Shown here: positions 48,201 to 58,057 of the stretch, in pieces
Position numbering within the stretch: the first letter of the stretch is position 1
How the letters are laid out: each line of letters begins with the position of its first letter
Sequence record: DRR723986_9968
DNA: 64,000 nucleotides
Reading direction: 5' to 3' (one strand)
The notes under the pieces: generated by a model
What the model saw: the letters and a program-made list of their open reading frames with translations, nothing else
Told to the model about the DNA's origin: nothing
The model's database searches: none
Made by a program: the position numbers and the translations under genes

Positions 48201-51200
48201 CTCTGTGCTGGAAATGTTAATGTTGTGGTTCAAGACGCCAACGGATGTTTTGCAAATTCTATTGAAAATATAACAGAGCCTTCAGCTTTAACATCAATCC
48301 AAGGGTTTGTAGATCCGACTTGTCATCAAACACCGACAGGCGAGATTTCGTTTGCACCTGCTGGTGGAACGCCTGGTTACCAATTTAGTGTTGACAATGG
48401 CGCAACCTTTTTACCAGCTTCTCCAGTTCAAAATTTAATGGCTGGCGTGTATGATGTTATCGTAGAAGACGCTAACGGATGTCAGTTTATTGATCAAGTA
48501 ACATTAACTGATCCTCCGGCTTTCACGTTTAACTTTTTAGCAAACAACCCTTCAAATTGTGGAGCGAATGATGGCTCTTTTCAAATTACTGCAAATGGAG
48601 GACTAATCCCTTATACCTATTCAATTGATGGGGGTGTTACGACACAGGTAGGGAACGGATTATTTACTGGCCTCTTTTCTGGATTATACAATTTAATCGT
48701 GCAAGACGCAAACGGATGTATAGATTCAGTTTATTCTGCATTATCTGACCTGCAAATGACTACGCAAGTTGATGTTGAAAACCCAACAACCTGTTATAAC
48801 AGTTGTGATGGATTGGGAATTGTAAGTGTTCACCCATCAAGTGTTGCGGGACCATATACGTTTGATATCAATACTGGTGGTTCTCAGCCATTTGGAGTAT
48901 TCAATAATCTCTGCGCAGGAGATCATTATGTTACTGTTACTTCAGATGCCTTCGGATGCGTTAGTGTAGAGCAAATTACAATAGCTGAACCTGACACAAT
49001 TACATTTGATAGCCCTCAAATCGATATTACATGCCCTGGAGGTTCAGACGGTCAAATAGATATCATCAACGTACTTGGTGGTGATGGTGGTCCTTACACC
49101 TATTCTATTGATGGAGGTGCAACGTTTTTTGCCGCAAATTCCTTTCCCGGACTATCATCAGGCACATATACTATTCTTGTGATGGACGGTGTTGGTTGCC
49201 TTGGAGGCGGTCAGGTTACATTAACGGAGCCTCCAGCGTTCACTGCATTTATCAATTCAAGTAACTTGATCTGTAACGGAGATAATTCAGGATTCATACA
49301 AGTTGTTGCTGGTGGAGCAAACTCTCCATATACATATACAGTAGTTGGTACAAATGCAACCGGTATTTTCCCGGCCTTGCCTGCTGCTAACTACAATATT
49401 ACCATCACAGATGTAAATGGATGTACTTTTGATACTACTCAAAACATTACCGAACCAGCAGTTTTGGCTATAGCGAATAATTTAACAGATCCACAGTGTT
49501 TTGGAATTGCTGATGGCCAAATTGAAGTTATCGCAGCCGGTGGAACAACACCATATTTATTTAGTGAAGATGGTGGTGTCACACTTCAATCTTCAAACAT
49601 TTTGGACAATTTAGGTGATGGCTGTTATGATGTCTATGTTGAGGACGCCAATGGCTGCAATATTCAAATTAATGAATGTTTAAATGAGCCAAGCGAGATG
49701 ACTATGAACTTAGCCACTAATCCAGCTACCTGTGGATTGGATAACGCCACTTTATCGATTGTAGCAGCAAATGGCACACCCGGTTATTCATACAGTGTAG
49801 ATAACGGGGTTAGTTTTCAAGCTGGCAATAATTTTAATGGATTAGCACCTACAATAATAAACATTGTATTACAAGACAATAATGGCTGCCAAATTGATTC
49901 AACGATTTCATTGGTTGCTGATCCAGAACCTGTAATTGACAATGTTGCTACCACGAACCCATTATGTTTTGGCGGGAATGAAGGAACCATTTCAATTACT
50001 TCATCAAATGGAGTTGGGGTACATCAGTACAGTATTACGAGCGCGGCCGGACCTTATCAAGCGGCAAATAATTTTATCGGATTGGTTGATGGCAGTTACA
50101 CCGCATATATCCAAGATGCGAATGGATGTGTAGACTCTATAACCGTTAGCATCAACGAACCGGGATTAATGGATTTAACGATAACTCCTACTAATCTTAC
50201 TTGTTTTGAAAACGGAACGGGAGAAATCGACATTACTGTAAACTCGGGTGGTACTTTGCCATTCCAATTTAGTATCGACAATGGTGCTAGTTTCCAAGGA
50301 TCAGGAGGATTTACTGGACTTGCAGCTGCTAACTATCCTATAGTTGTTGAAGATGCAAATGGTTGCCAAGTTACCGCTAACCAAATTATTTCTGAACCAG
50401 CAGCAATAACTTTTGATCCATTCGATATTGATTCAACTTCTTGTTTCGGATTTTGTGATGGTACAATCACCCCAAATGCTATTGGAGGAACGGTTGCAGC
50501 AGGATACTCTTACAACTGGAGCGGAGGAATTGCAGGTCCTGCAGATGTAGTTGCCTCAAATGTTTGCGCAGGCACCTACTCAGTAATCGTAAGTGACGAT
50601 AATGGATGTTCTACAGACAGTTTAAACTTTGTGGTTCACGAACCAATTTTGGCTACCATTGACAGTGCATTGACAACTGGTGTGTCTTGTTTTGGAGATG
50701 CTGATGGCGAAATTGATATCTACAGTATTAACGCAGGTTTCTACAGCATTGGAGGTCCTTTTACTCCAGCAACAAACTATAACGGCTTGACGTCAAATAC
50801 TTATTGGGTTTATGTGCAAGATTTAAATGGATGCCCTGGTGACAGCGCTCAGGTTTTTGTTCCAACACCTCAACCATTAAATGGTTTTGTGACACCGGAT
50901 GTCTATATCTGTCAAGGGGATAGCATTTTCTTTTCAATTGTAGCAACTGGGGGAACTCAACCTTATAACTTTTTAGTAAATCAAGGGTTGGGAGGAAATG
51001 CAAATAGCGCCATAATTTACGAGCCTATCTTCTCAGATACTTCTTATTATGTGGAAATTACGGATGTTAACGGATGCCAATTTGATACTGACACTATGTT
51101 TGTTCATGTTGCTCCGCCACCTATTTTGATTACCTCTAATGACACAACCATCTGTCCTGGAGAACCTTTAATTCTGTCTTCTGAAGCAACAGACTTACTT

Positions 51201-52136
51201 GAAACCTATACTTATTTGTGGAGTACGGGAGACACTGGACCGTTTATCTACCCGAATGTTACTTCTGACACCACTTACTACGTAGATGTAACTGACGAAT
51301 GTAATGTCACTACAACTGATTCCATTCAAGTGAATTTATATGTTGACCCCGTTGTCAGTCTAAGTAACCTGGTTGGCGATTGTCCTCCTTTTCAACATGC
51401 TTACAGCATAACGGTTGATCAGACTCAATTGGCGAGTGACTTGTTCTGGTCTACCAACTTTGGAACAATTGATTCATCAAATTTCCAGAATCTGTATGTG
51501 ACTTATTTAACTGATGGCAATGGAATTATTGATGTATCATTCACTTCTGCAAATGGTTGCCAAGTAGACACTTCATTTACGAGTGTTACTGTTTACGGCT
51601 TACCAACTGCTCAATTTACAGTAAACCCAACAGCACCGACTATTTATGATGCTAATGTGCAATTGACAAACACATCTTTAAATTACGCCACAAGTGAATG
51701 GTTCATACTTGGAGATACCCTAACTACAACAGATGCAAGCATTAATTTGACAAATAGTAACACAGACAGCTCAATTACGGCATGTTTGGTAGTGACAAAT
51801 GATAATCAATGTACTGACACAATTTGTGATATTATCGAAATCATTAATGATCTGTACCTATTTGTTCCTAACACAATAATTCTAGATGGATGGTCAGATA
51901 ACGCAGTGTTTAAGCCGGTGACTAACTATTTCCACCCAGATTATTATCACATGTACATCTTTAATAGATGGGGTGAATTATTGTTCGAAACTGAAGATGT
52001 AAACGGAAGTTGGGACGGAACTTATAATGGAGTAATTGTACCAGACGGGGTATATGTTTGGAGAATTACCGGAGCACCGTTAAATAACGAAGCTGACTTG
52101 AAAGAGTATCACGGTCATGTCACCGTTTTGAAATAG
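45222..52136 (+). CDS. Giant T9SS type B cargo/adhesin: IgGFc-binding-like N-terminus, many SprB-type repeats, CTD
   Basis: Signal peptide, VMASEDNTTV..SxKPI IgGFc-like region, many Cx(3-5)G..GGTxPYxYS..DxNGC repeats and IFNRWGE..WDGT CTD. Confidence 0.88.
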   Translation: MKKFILSLICLFSLLDGYSQLDVKHFIPPLYGRTNVQNHYMILSTPSAAPVNVDVKNGQGTILFSVVITDVAPSTTLLGTGYAADGIINTAELNTVNPTDGFIVEASAPIYVNLRHVQNAQGLSLNSKGASTGLGTRFRSGHIFNSAALPHVKASEISVMASEDNTTVTFTDIKPNVVFRGTPTTAGTSNDIVVNLNAGESYTIAAWLDEPGATGNVNDVNGTLITSTKPIACNTGSWLGGAHGNLRDIGVDQIVPADLIGTQYIFVEGDGNANTERPLVVAEYNNTDIFVNGNPVPIANINAGEYFYLPQTAYSANDNIYIETSEPVFMYQSLSGASPAATSLNFIPPLRCNGFKKVVIPSVNLVGVPTVSITARTNASVFVNGSATPLTGGLTVPGNGCWVTYKIPGGVGDFVVESDSIINVALLTLQGPRGSAGYFTGFAQFTQIDQGDTSSFIVCEDQASSFVTYNIDGPFFNISTNFHDPSLGGAVTVDGFNADTLFFTYTRNPGTNGPDTLDLTVCKLLDCCGAAPDTICETSTLVFTNINAINTGIGDSLTACADTTDIQVADILLGTPDPGYWVDTDNTGALFGNTINTSSLAPGVYNFTYYVDGGSICFDSTIATINVLPMSSSECCSIDPNFVLADPTCFGFTDGSMVITDQYATDYSIDGGTTTQGNGNFPGIGANNYNVNLSFGPDCIYDTVIVINEPAQLASTFVIDSVSCNGDCDGQIQANASGGTTPYTYSLGGTPGQASNTFSNLCAGPATITITDANNCQEVFPNTIFEPAVLTISVGSVTDETCTQANGSITVNANGGTAAYTYTLDGGAAQSSSTFNNLAAGTYTLEVTDFNGCTASMDIDVVDNPPPAPFVDVLNNVTCAGGLNGSVTIGVVDGTAPFQYSLNGGANQASNTFPAVPAGNHTVVVTDINGCTGSINFDITQPTALNYSTVVTQVSCFGDCDGQIVVTAGGATPPYTYSSDNGLTFSPINTLDNLCAGNVNVVVQDANGCFANSIENITEPSALTSIQGFVDPTCHQTPTGEISFAPAGGTPGYQFSVDNGATFLPASPVQNLMAGVYDVIVEDANGCQFIDQVTLTDPPAFTFNFLANNPSNCGANDGSFQITANGGLIPYTYSIDGGVTTQVGNGLFTGLFSGLYNLIVQDANGCIDSVYSALSDLQMTTQVDVENPTTCYNSCDGLGIVSVHPSSVAGPYTFDINTGGSQPFGVFNNLCAGDHYVTVTSDAFGCVSVEQITIAEPDTITFDSPQIDITCPGGSDGQIDIINVLGGDGGPYTYSIDGGATFFAANSFPGLSSGTYTILVMDGVGCLGGGQVTLTEPPAFTAFINSSNLICNGDNSGFIQVVAGGANSPYTYTVVGTNATGIFPALPAANYNITITDVNGCTFDTTQNITEPAVLAIANNLTDPQCFGIADGQIEVIAAGGTTPYLFSEDGGVTLQSSNILDNLGDGCYDVYVEDANGCNIQINECLNEPSEMTMNLATNPATCGLDNATLSIVAANGTPGYSYSVDNGVSFQAGNNFNGLAPTIINIVLQDNNGCQIDSTISLVADPEPVIDNVATTNPLCFGGNEGTISITSSNGVGVHQYSITSAAGPYQAANNFIGLVDGSYTAYIQDANGCVDSITVSINEPGLMDLTITPTNLTCFENGTGEIDITVNSGGTLPFQFSIDNGASFQGSGGFTGLAAANYPIVVEDANGCQVTANQIISEPAAITFDPFDIDSTSCFGFCDGTITPNAIGGTVAAGYSYNWSGGIAGPADVVASNVCAGTYSVIVSDDNGCSTDSLNFVVHEPILATIDSALTTGVSCFGDADGEIDIYSINAGFYSIGGPFTPATNYNGLTSNTYWVYVQDLNGCPGDSAQVFVPTPQPLNGFVTPDVYICQGDSIFFSIVATGGTQPYNFLVNQGLGGNANSAIIYEPIFSDTSYYVEITDVNGCQFDTDTMFVHVAPPPILITSNDTTICPGEPLILSSEATDLLETYTYLWSTGDTGPFIYPNVTSDTTYYVDVTDECNVTTTDSIQVNLYVDPVVSLSNLVGDCPPFQHAYSITVDQTQLASDLFWSTNFGTIDSSNFQNLYVTYLTDGNGIIDVSFTSANGCQVDTSFTSVTVYGLPTAQFTVNPTAPTIYDANVQLTNTSLNYATSEWFILGDTLTTTDASINLTNSNTDSSITACLVVTNDNQCTDTICDIIEIINDLYLFVPNTIILDGWSDNAVFKPVTNYFHPDYYHMYIFNRWGELLFETEDVNGSWDGTYNGVIVPDGVYVWRITGAPLNNEADLKEYHGHVTVLK

Positions 52137-52139
52137 CAA

Positions 52140-52643
52140 TTACTTGCGTTTATAAACTGGTACTGCCGAACAAGGTTCTCCGAACATGAGACTCTTAACC
52201 ACTGGAGTTAACTTTTTGGTTAATTCTACATATGCTTTATTGGGATTAGGAATGTTTGAACATCCTTTGACCATTGCTCGTTTATCTTTCAAGTGTTGGA
52301 TGTCCCAATTATCTAGATTTTGAAAAAACAATTCAGCCTTTGCTTCTTTAACTGATCCACAAACAATATACTTAGCAGCTGAAAGATGAGAAGTAATAAG
52401 CATGTATGCCCAGGCCGGAATAATGGCGTCATTTGAACAATAGATGCAGACAACTTGGTCGGTATACTGGACCCAGTTATGGTTTTTTATCCAGTCCCTA
52501 AAATCCTTTTCCTTCAAAACCAATTCGTTCCACAAGAGTGGCTTTAAGTCGATTTCAAAAAATTCTCCTCTGTAAGTGAAGTCTATCAAATCTATTTGTT
52601 CGATTTGAGCACCTGCAACCTTATTTACTATTTCCTCAGCCAT
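52140..52643 (-). CDS. DUF2480 family protein
   Basis: EIVNKVA, LKEKDFR, DAIIPAWAYML and SLMFGEPCSAVP motifs. Confidence 0.88.
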   Translation of the reverse strand: MAEEIVNKVAGAQIEQIDLIDFTYRGEFFEIDLKPLLWNELVLKEKDFRDWIKNHNWVQYTDQVVCIYCSNDAIIPAWAYMLITSHLSAAKYIVCGSVKEAKAELFFQNLDNWDIQHLKDKRAMVKGCSNIPNPNKAYVELTKKLTPVVKSLMFGEPCSAVPVYKRK

Positions 52644-52670
52644 AACGTAAAGTTAAGCAAGAAAATTGAA

Positions 52671-53690
52671 TCAACGGCGCCCCTTTGATTTGATCTGATA
52701 AGCTAAAAACAGCTCCGTTCCTCCCCTAATTCTTGAAGAAGTTTGCAAACTGGAAATATTAAAATCATAAGAAAATCCGAATTTAAAATCTGCTAATTCT
52801 AATTGAATTCGAGTAATCAAGGCATCATCCCATCTATGATATAATCCTATAGATGCACTCAAGTTATTCATGGTTCCAACATATCCTCCTGATTTTTTCA
52901 TATCAAGTTTTAAAGCGGTACCATAAACAATTTCCTGAAACTGCCCTTGCCGGTGATAATACACAGCAGGTTGCAGACTCAGAATAGTACCAAATAAACC
53001 CAAATCCGAATGAATAAAAGCTGAATACCTATGGCTTAATCTATCTTTAGAATCGGTTAAAAAAGAGTTCTTAGGTTTATTCAAATTGTATACTGAAAAT
53101 CCTAAATCAACAGACTTTGAGTTATTTTGAATTTTACTTTTATTCCCACTTTCAAAATGATACGCTACCCCAAGTCCAGAATTAAAACTTGACCTTCTCA
53201 TTTTATCAAAGGATTCACCTGAAAGTATAGTAGCATCATAGATCTGACCATCAAATTGTGATCCCCATTCTCCATCCATTTGTTCAATGCTGATTTGTCT
53301 ATATCCTAAGAATAAACCGGCTCCCAAATAACTGGATTCAGATAATTTCACCTTTGATGCGAAGAATCCGTTTAATTGAGCTGTTCCAAGTTGTGGTGTT
53401 CCTGCCTGATCTTTGAACATCATCCCACCCATTGCAAATTTCCAATTAGATTTAGATTTTGGATTTAACACTCCGTCTCCGGCAAAGGCATATGTTTTAA
53501 AAGGTGCTAAAGTCGGATTCCATTGTGTCTTGTAATTGATTGACAGATTGAAATCGGAATTAAACCCAGCTAAGGCAGGATTCAAATTCAAATGGGCATT
53601 CTCAGTTTGAGAAAAATGAATGTCCTGAGCACTGGATGTTTGCACTCCCACAAACACCAGCAGTATTCCTATGTATCTTGTCCCCTTCAT
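52671..53690 (-). CDS. PorP/SprF family T9SS membrane protein
   Basis: AQDIHFSQ, LNPALAG, YKTQW, GFSYDFN and GGTE motifs. Confidence 0.92.
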   Translation of the reverse strand: MKGTRYIGILLVFVGVQTSSAQDIHFSQTENAHLNLNPALAGFNSDFNLSINYKTQWNPTLAPFKTYAFAGDGVLNPKSKSNWKFAMGGMMFKDQAGTPQLGTAQLNGFFASKVKLSESSYLGAGLFLGYRQISIEQMDGEWGSQFDGQIYDATILSGESFDKMRRSSFNSGLGVAYHFESGNKSKIQNNSKSVDLGFSVYNLNKPKNSFLTDSKDRLSHRYSAFIHSDLGLFGTILSLQPAVYYHRQGQFQEIVYGTALKLDMKKSGGYVGTMNNLSASIGLYHRWDDALITRIQLELADFKFGFSYDFNISSLQTSSRIRGGTELFLAYQIKSKGRR

Positions 53691-56600
53691 TATTTCATCA
53701 CTTTTACATTACCAGATTCAGACAGCATTTCGCCATCATGGAACTTGATCTCTAGTTGATAAACATAGCTACCATTATCAACCAATGCCCCTTTGAATTC
53801 TCCAGTCCAAGGATTGACTTGGGAATCTCCTGAATAGATGATTTCTCCCCAACGATTAAAGACTTTTAAACTAAACTCATCCACACAATCACCCATTAAA
53901 GTCCAATCATCATTTAAGTTATCCCCATTTGGTGAAAAGATGGTTGGCAAAAAATAGTCTTTACACCTATCCAATTTGATTTCAAGTTCTGCATAAGCTT
54001 TACAACCATTTGTATCAGTTACAGTTACCGAATACATTTCATCCATATTAGGACTGGCCGTTACGATTTGACAGGTATCACAGTCTAAGTTTGAGGAAGG
54101 TGTCCACAAATAAGCGTAAACACCACTCGGACTCACTTGAGCTTCTAAAGTTGCGGTTTGCCCGGCACCTACTAAAAGACTACTTGCATTAATCACTACA
54201 GAAGGTCCCGGATAATCAATCACTTCAATGGTTGTATCTGCACTACAGCTCAAAGAATCTGTAATCGTTACGGTATAAAAACCTGCTTCAAGATCAGTTA
54301 AATAATCGGCTGTTGATCCAGATGGTGACCAGAAATAGCTCAAGTTTCCTTGTCCTCCAGAAGCGGAAGTATAAATAAATCCATTCATTTCACTACAAAA
54401 CTCATGGCCCAATGAATCCAAATTAATCACAATTTCTGGTGCCGCTAAAATTTCAACACTATCAATTAATTCACATTCGAAAGCATCTGTAATTGTGACA
54501 ATATAAATACCTGCAGCAAGATCAGTTACTGAAGAAGAGTTTGTTAAAGTTGGATCCCAATTATAATTAAAAGGAACTTCTCCTCCAGCTAAAACTATAC
54601 TTGCAGATCCATCAGCATCTCCAAAGCATGTTTCATGACTTACGCTTATTGAATCAAGTGTCAAATTGTTTTGATAAGGAACAACAAAAGTTTCAATAAA
54701 ATCACAGGCGTTGCTATCAGTAACTGTTATGGTATAAGTACCGTCTCCCAGGTTCGAAATATTCTGAGTACCTGCGCTTGTTGGACTCCATGAGAATATA
54801 AAGTCTGCAGGATTTCCATTTATATCAACATCAATTGAACCATTATTTGCCTCACAATCATTAGGCACGATTGTACCATTAATTACTGGACTAGGTGGAT
54901 TTTGCACAACAATTGAATCTAAAGAAGAACAATTATTGGAATCAGAAACGGTCAATACGTACAATCCAGCTAACAAATTATTTAATTGATTGGTGTCAAG
55001 GCTGGTATGCTCCCACACATAGTTTAAATTTCCATTTCCAGCTGCGGCTACTTGAATAGCACCATCAGAATTTCCAACGCAAGTTGTATTTACAACTGAA
55101 ATAGATGTTGTTGGGTTTTCATTAACGATTATTTCGATAGAATCCTGTGCATAACAACCATGGTCATCAACAACAGTCAAATAATACGTCCCTGAATTGA
55201 CGGTATCCAACGAGTCAATTACCACCATCTGCTGATAATCACTGAATGCATTTGGTCCTGCCCATATGTACTGATCAAAAGTTGTTGTACTCAAGACTAA
55301 GCTATCATTGATGCATAGAACAGAATCATTTACTGTAATATCGACAGTTGGTTTAGGCACAACAAACAAGTCTAACCACATACAATTGGTAGCGTTGTTT
55401 ACACTTTCTGCTCGCACAAAAATTGAGACATTACCAGTAGAAGGATAATAGGAAATGGTTTCACCAATTCCAATTTGCGTACCTAGAGGCCCGCATCCAC
55501 CTTCATACCACACCCAATTTGCTCCTTGTCCCAAAGCTCCTCCCAACATGGATAGTATCAAGGTGTCTTGACATATAGTATCTGCAATTGAACCGTTACA
55601 AGTTAAGCCATTACAAATGGTGCTCTTTTTAGTATTAAACCGTGTCAAAAATGCGTCTTCTAATCCAGCCAATGTATCTTGAATATATGTATTGAACGCA
55701 ATTGAATCTATTGATTTAGTTGTACCACATAAGTATAAAGCGGTATTTCCATAAACATCTCCACCAGCAAGAATATCATCTTCTAACCCGCCATAGTAAC
55801 TGGCATGTAAGAAATAACCGTTGTAGTGAAATTTGGCGATAAATGCATCTATACCTCCATTGTACGTAGTGTCATAATTATCATAACTCGCGATATCAAG
55901 AGCAGATGTGGTGTTACCGAAAACATAAATGTTAGAATCAAGTTCAAGGCCTAATTCGATACCCTCATCAAAGCCTTCTCCACCAAAGTAGGTCCCCCAC
56001 ATTATGTTACCTAGTGTATCAAATTTTACCAAGTAAGCATCAACGCTATCTGCACTCATTTTATACGCACCTGCTGTTGCCATATTTGTATCACTGGCAG
56101 TTTTACCCAACATATAGATTCGCGTATTGTATATATCAACATCTGCTGCGTGATCATCATCAATATCACCGTAGTAAGTTGCCCAATTTCTATTTCCAGA
56201 TTGATCGAAACAGGCCAAAAATGCATCCTCCATTCCTGCCAAGGCCGATTGATGAGCACCTGAGCTTGAAATGTCACTAGGAGAGTTGGTTGTACCTGCA
56301 ATTACAATGTTATTTCCTTCTTGCGCTATAGAAAATATTTTATCCTCAGCTGGGCCTCCATAGTAGCTGCTCCACATTGGGAAACCGAACGTATCGAGTT
56401 TAACAAAAAACCCATCTGTTAATCCGTTATTACCCAATTGATGGGCACCAGAACTTGCCAAACCGCTAGAGCCTTGAGTATAACCAGCAACGTAAACAAA
56501 TCCATCATAATCAGTATCAACCGCAGTTCCTTCGTCATCTCCTGCACCACCTAAATAAGTGCTCCACAGCCTTAGTCCATTGTCATTAAATTGGGCAACA

Positions 56601-57694
56601 AAAATGTCTTTTCCTCCTGAATGTGTATTTAAAAAACATGAATCTGAAGCAATACCATCAACTGAATTGGTATAACCGGTAATCGTCACATTGAAAAAGG
56701 TATCTACCATTATTGAGCTCGCTAAATCTTCACCTAAACCGCCATAGTAAGTAGACCAGATTTTGCCCCCATACTGATTGGTTTTTACAACGAAAGCATC
56801 AAAAAGACCACCGGCCATGGTGTCTTGATGAACACCAGAAGTTGCCAAATTTGTGAAAGACTGCGTATATCCAGTCATGTAGACAAATCCATTGTTGTCA
56901 GTCATTACATCTGCTCCTCTATCAATTAAGGTATCGCCATAGTAAGTAGCCCAATCCATTGTAATCGTTGGGTCGATAATTAACGCTTGCTGATTCAAAT
57001 CAAGGCCCTTAGGTAGTTGATAGGTCAGTGTTAATTCATTTTGAGATTGCGAAGTTACGCGATAAGTAACTGCCACTTTTTCACCGCTACCTACAATCCA
57101 ACTTTCAGGAATAAATTCGGTTACCTGGCCAAAAGCCAATTCGAAATCAACATTTTCATCAATTTGAGCGCTGTTGAATCCTGAATAATTTAATTGGATA
57201 TTGGATGGATTCGCACCTTCATTCAGGATGAAATCAAACTTAAACTTTCCATCTTTCACATTAAATTTTAAATCAATTTGTGGATAGATGTCTTTATAAA
57301 TTATCGATTCATAATGACTAGACTTGAATGCTGAATTATCGCTAAGACCAGTAGTATAATAATTGATGTAATCACTTGAGGAATTCTCTGCTGTAATAAC
57401 TGGATTTTGATTAGCTCCAATTAATTTCACATCAATTCTGTGAAAAGCTAATTGCCCTCCGCCTATATTTTTATACAAATCATAGGCGAAGCCGTCAGTC
57501 TTAAGTTGAACATTTAACCTTTTCTGATCTGAAAATAAATAAATAACATCTGTGTTCTTTTTACCGTTTTGATCAATCAACTGACCTTTATTTTCGATAA
57601 AACCGAAGTTAGTGTTTGAAGATTTGTTTTGGGAGTTTACGCTAAACGGCAGGAGCAGACATAGCAGTAAAAATGATTTTACTAAGTTTTTCAT
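53690..57694 (-). CDS. T9SS type B cargo with SBBP-like propeller repeats, SprB repeats and CTD
   Basis: FIENKGQ N-domain, WxTYYGGxxxD repeats and PTIFSPNGD..VFNRWGE; coupled to porP/sprF. Confidence 0.9.
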   Translation of the reverse strand: MKNLVKSFLLLCLLLPFSVNSQNKSSNTNFGFIENKGQLIDQNGKKNTDVIYLFSDQKRLNVQLKTDGFAYDLYKNIGGGQLAFHRIDVKLIGANQNPVITAENSSSDYINYYTTGLSDNSAFKSSHYESIIYKDIYPQIDLKFNVKDGKFKFDFILNEGANPSNIQLNYSGFNSAQIDENVDFELAFGQVTEFIPESWIVGSGEKVAVTYRVTSQSQNELTLTYQLPKGLDLNQQALIIDPTITMDWATYYGDTLIDRGADVMTDNNGFVYMTGYTQSFTNLATSGVHQDTMAGGLFDAFVVKTNQYGGKIWSTYYGGLGEDLASSIMVDTFFNVTITGYTNSVDGIASDSCFLNTHSGGKDIFVAQFNDNGLRLWSTYLGGAGDDEGTAVDTDYDGFVYVAGYTQGSSGLASSGAHQLGNNGLTDGFFVKLDTFGFPMWSSYYGGPAEDKIFSIAQEGNNIVIAGTTNSPSDISSSGAHQSALAGMEDAFLACFDQSGNRNWATYYGDIDDDHAADVDIYNTRIYMLGKTASDTNMATAGAYKMSADSVDAYLVKFDTLGNIMWGTYFGGEGFDEGIELGLELDSNIYVFGNTTSALDIASYDNYDTTYNGGIDAFIAKFHYNGYFLHASYYGGLEDDILAGGDVYGNTALYLCGTTKSIDSIAFNTYIQDTLAGLEDAFLTRFNTKKSTICNGLTCNGSIADTICQDTLILSMLGGALGQGANWVWYEGGCGPLGTQIGIGETISYYPSTGNVSIFVRAESVNNATNCMWLDLFVVPKPTVDITVNDSVLCINDSLVLSTTTFDQYIWAGPNAFSDYQQMVVIDSLDTVNSGTYYLTVVDDHGCYAQDSIEIIVNENPTTSISVVNTTCVGNSDGAIQVAAAGNGNLNYVWEHTSLDTNQLNNLLAGLYVLTVSDSNNCSSLDSIVVQNPPSPVINGTIVPNDCEANNGSIDVDINGNPADFIFSWSPTSAGTQNISNLGDGTYTITVTDSNACDFIETFVVPYQNNLTLDSISVSHETCFGDADGSASIVLAGGEVPFNYNWDPTLTNSSSVTDLAAGIYIVTITDAFECELIDSVEILAAPEIVINLDSLGHEFCSEMNGFIYTSASGGQGNLSYFWSPSGSTADYLTDLEAGFYTVTITDSLSCSADTTIEVIDYPGPSVVINASSLLVGAGQTATLEAQVSPSGVYAYLWTPSSNLDCDTCQIVTASPNMDEMYSVTVTDTNGCKAYAELEIKLDRCKDYFLPTIFSPNGDNLNDDWTLMGDCVDEFSLKVFNRWGEIIYSGDSQVNPWTGEFKGALVDNGSYVYQLEIKFHDGEMLSESGNVKVMK

Positions 57695-57844
57695 TGTTTT
57701 GGGATTTACACTCTAAATTATGGCCTTATTATCAATTAAAAAAGACAAAGTCTCGCCAAAACTTAGATAATTATACAACTCAGAAAAGATCAATAAATTG
57801 TAAAAATGTATTTCAGTTTAATGAAGTGTAGCGCTCATTGATTA

Positions 57845-57955
57845 AACTAAAAAACGCCCAGAGTTATCTCCAGGCGTTATCCATGAAAAAATCTACCAAT
57901 GACTGTGCTTACTATTTCAATCATCTAATAGTTGATTCGCTACTTAAACAAATCT
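57845..57955 (-). ncRNA. Candidate small RNA 2 (anti-ATGAAAAAA motif directly before an intrinsic terminator)
   Basis: Minus-strand TTG-N17-TAAATTTG promoter (57960-57987); terminator AACGCCTGGAG-ATAA-CTCTGGGCGTT plus U-tract (57849-57878), with G-U pairs only on the minus strand. Confidence 0.6.
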
Positions 57956-58057
57956 TGTACAAATTTAAGCTAGATGCTCACGCTCAATGTTAACTGATTA
58001 TTGTCTATTAATTATTAAATTGATTGTAGCAATCAAAGACCTATCTTTGTCCTTGAA

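Noticed and set aside
45222-52136. Calling this gene sprB
   Set aside because: It has SprB-type repeats but no sprC/sprD/sprF context and a different N-terminus.
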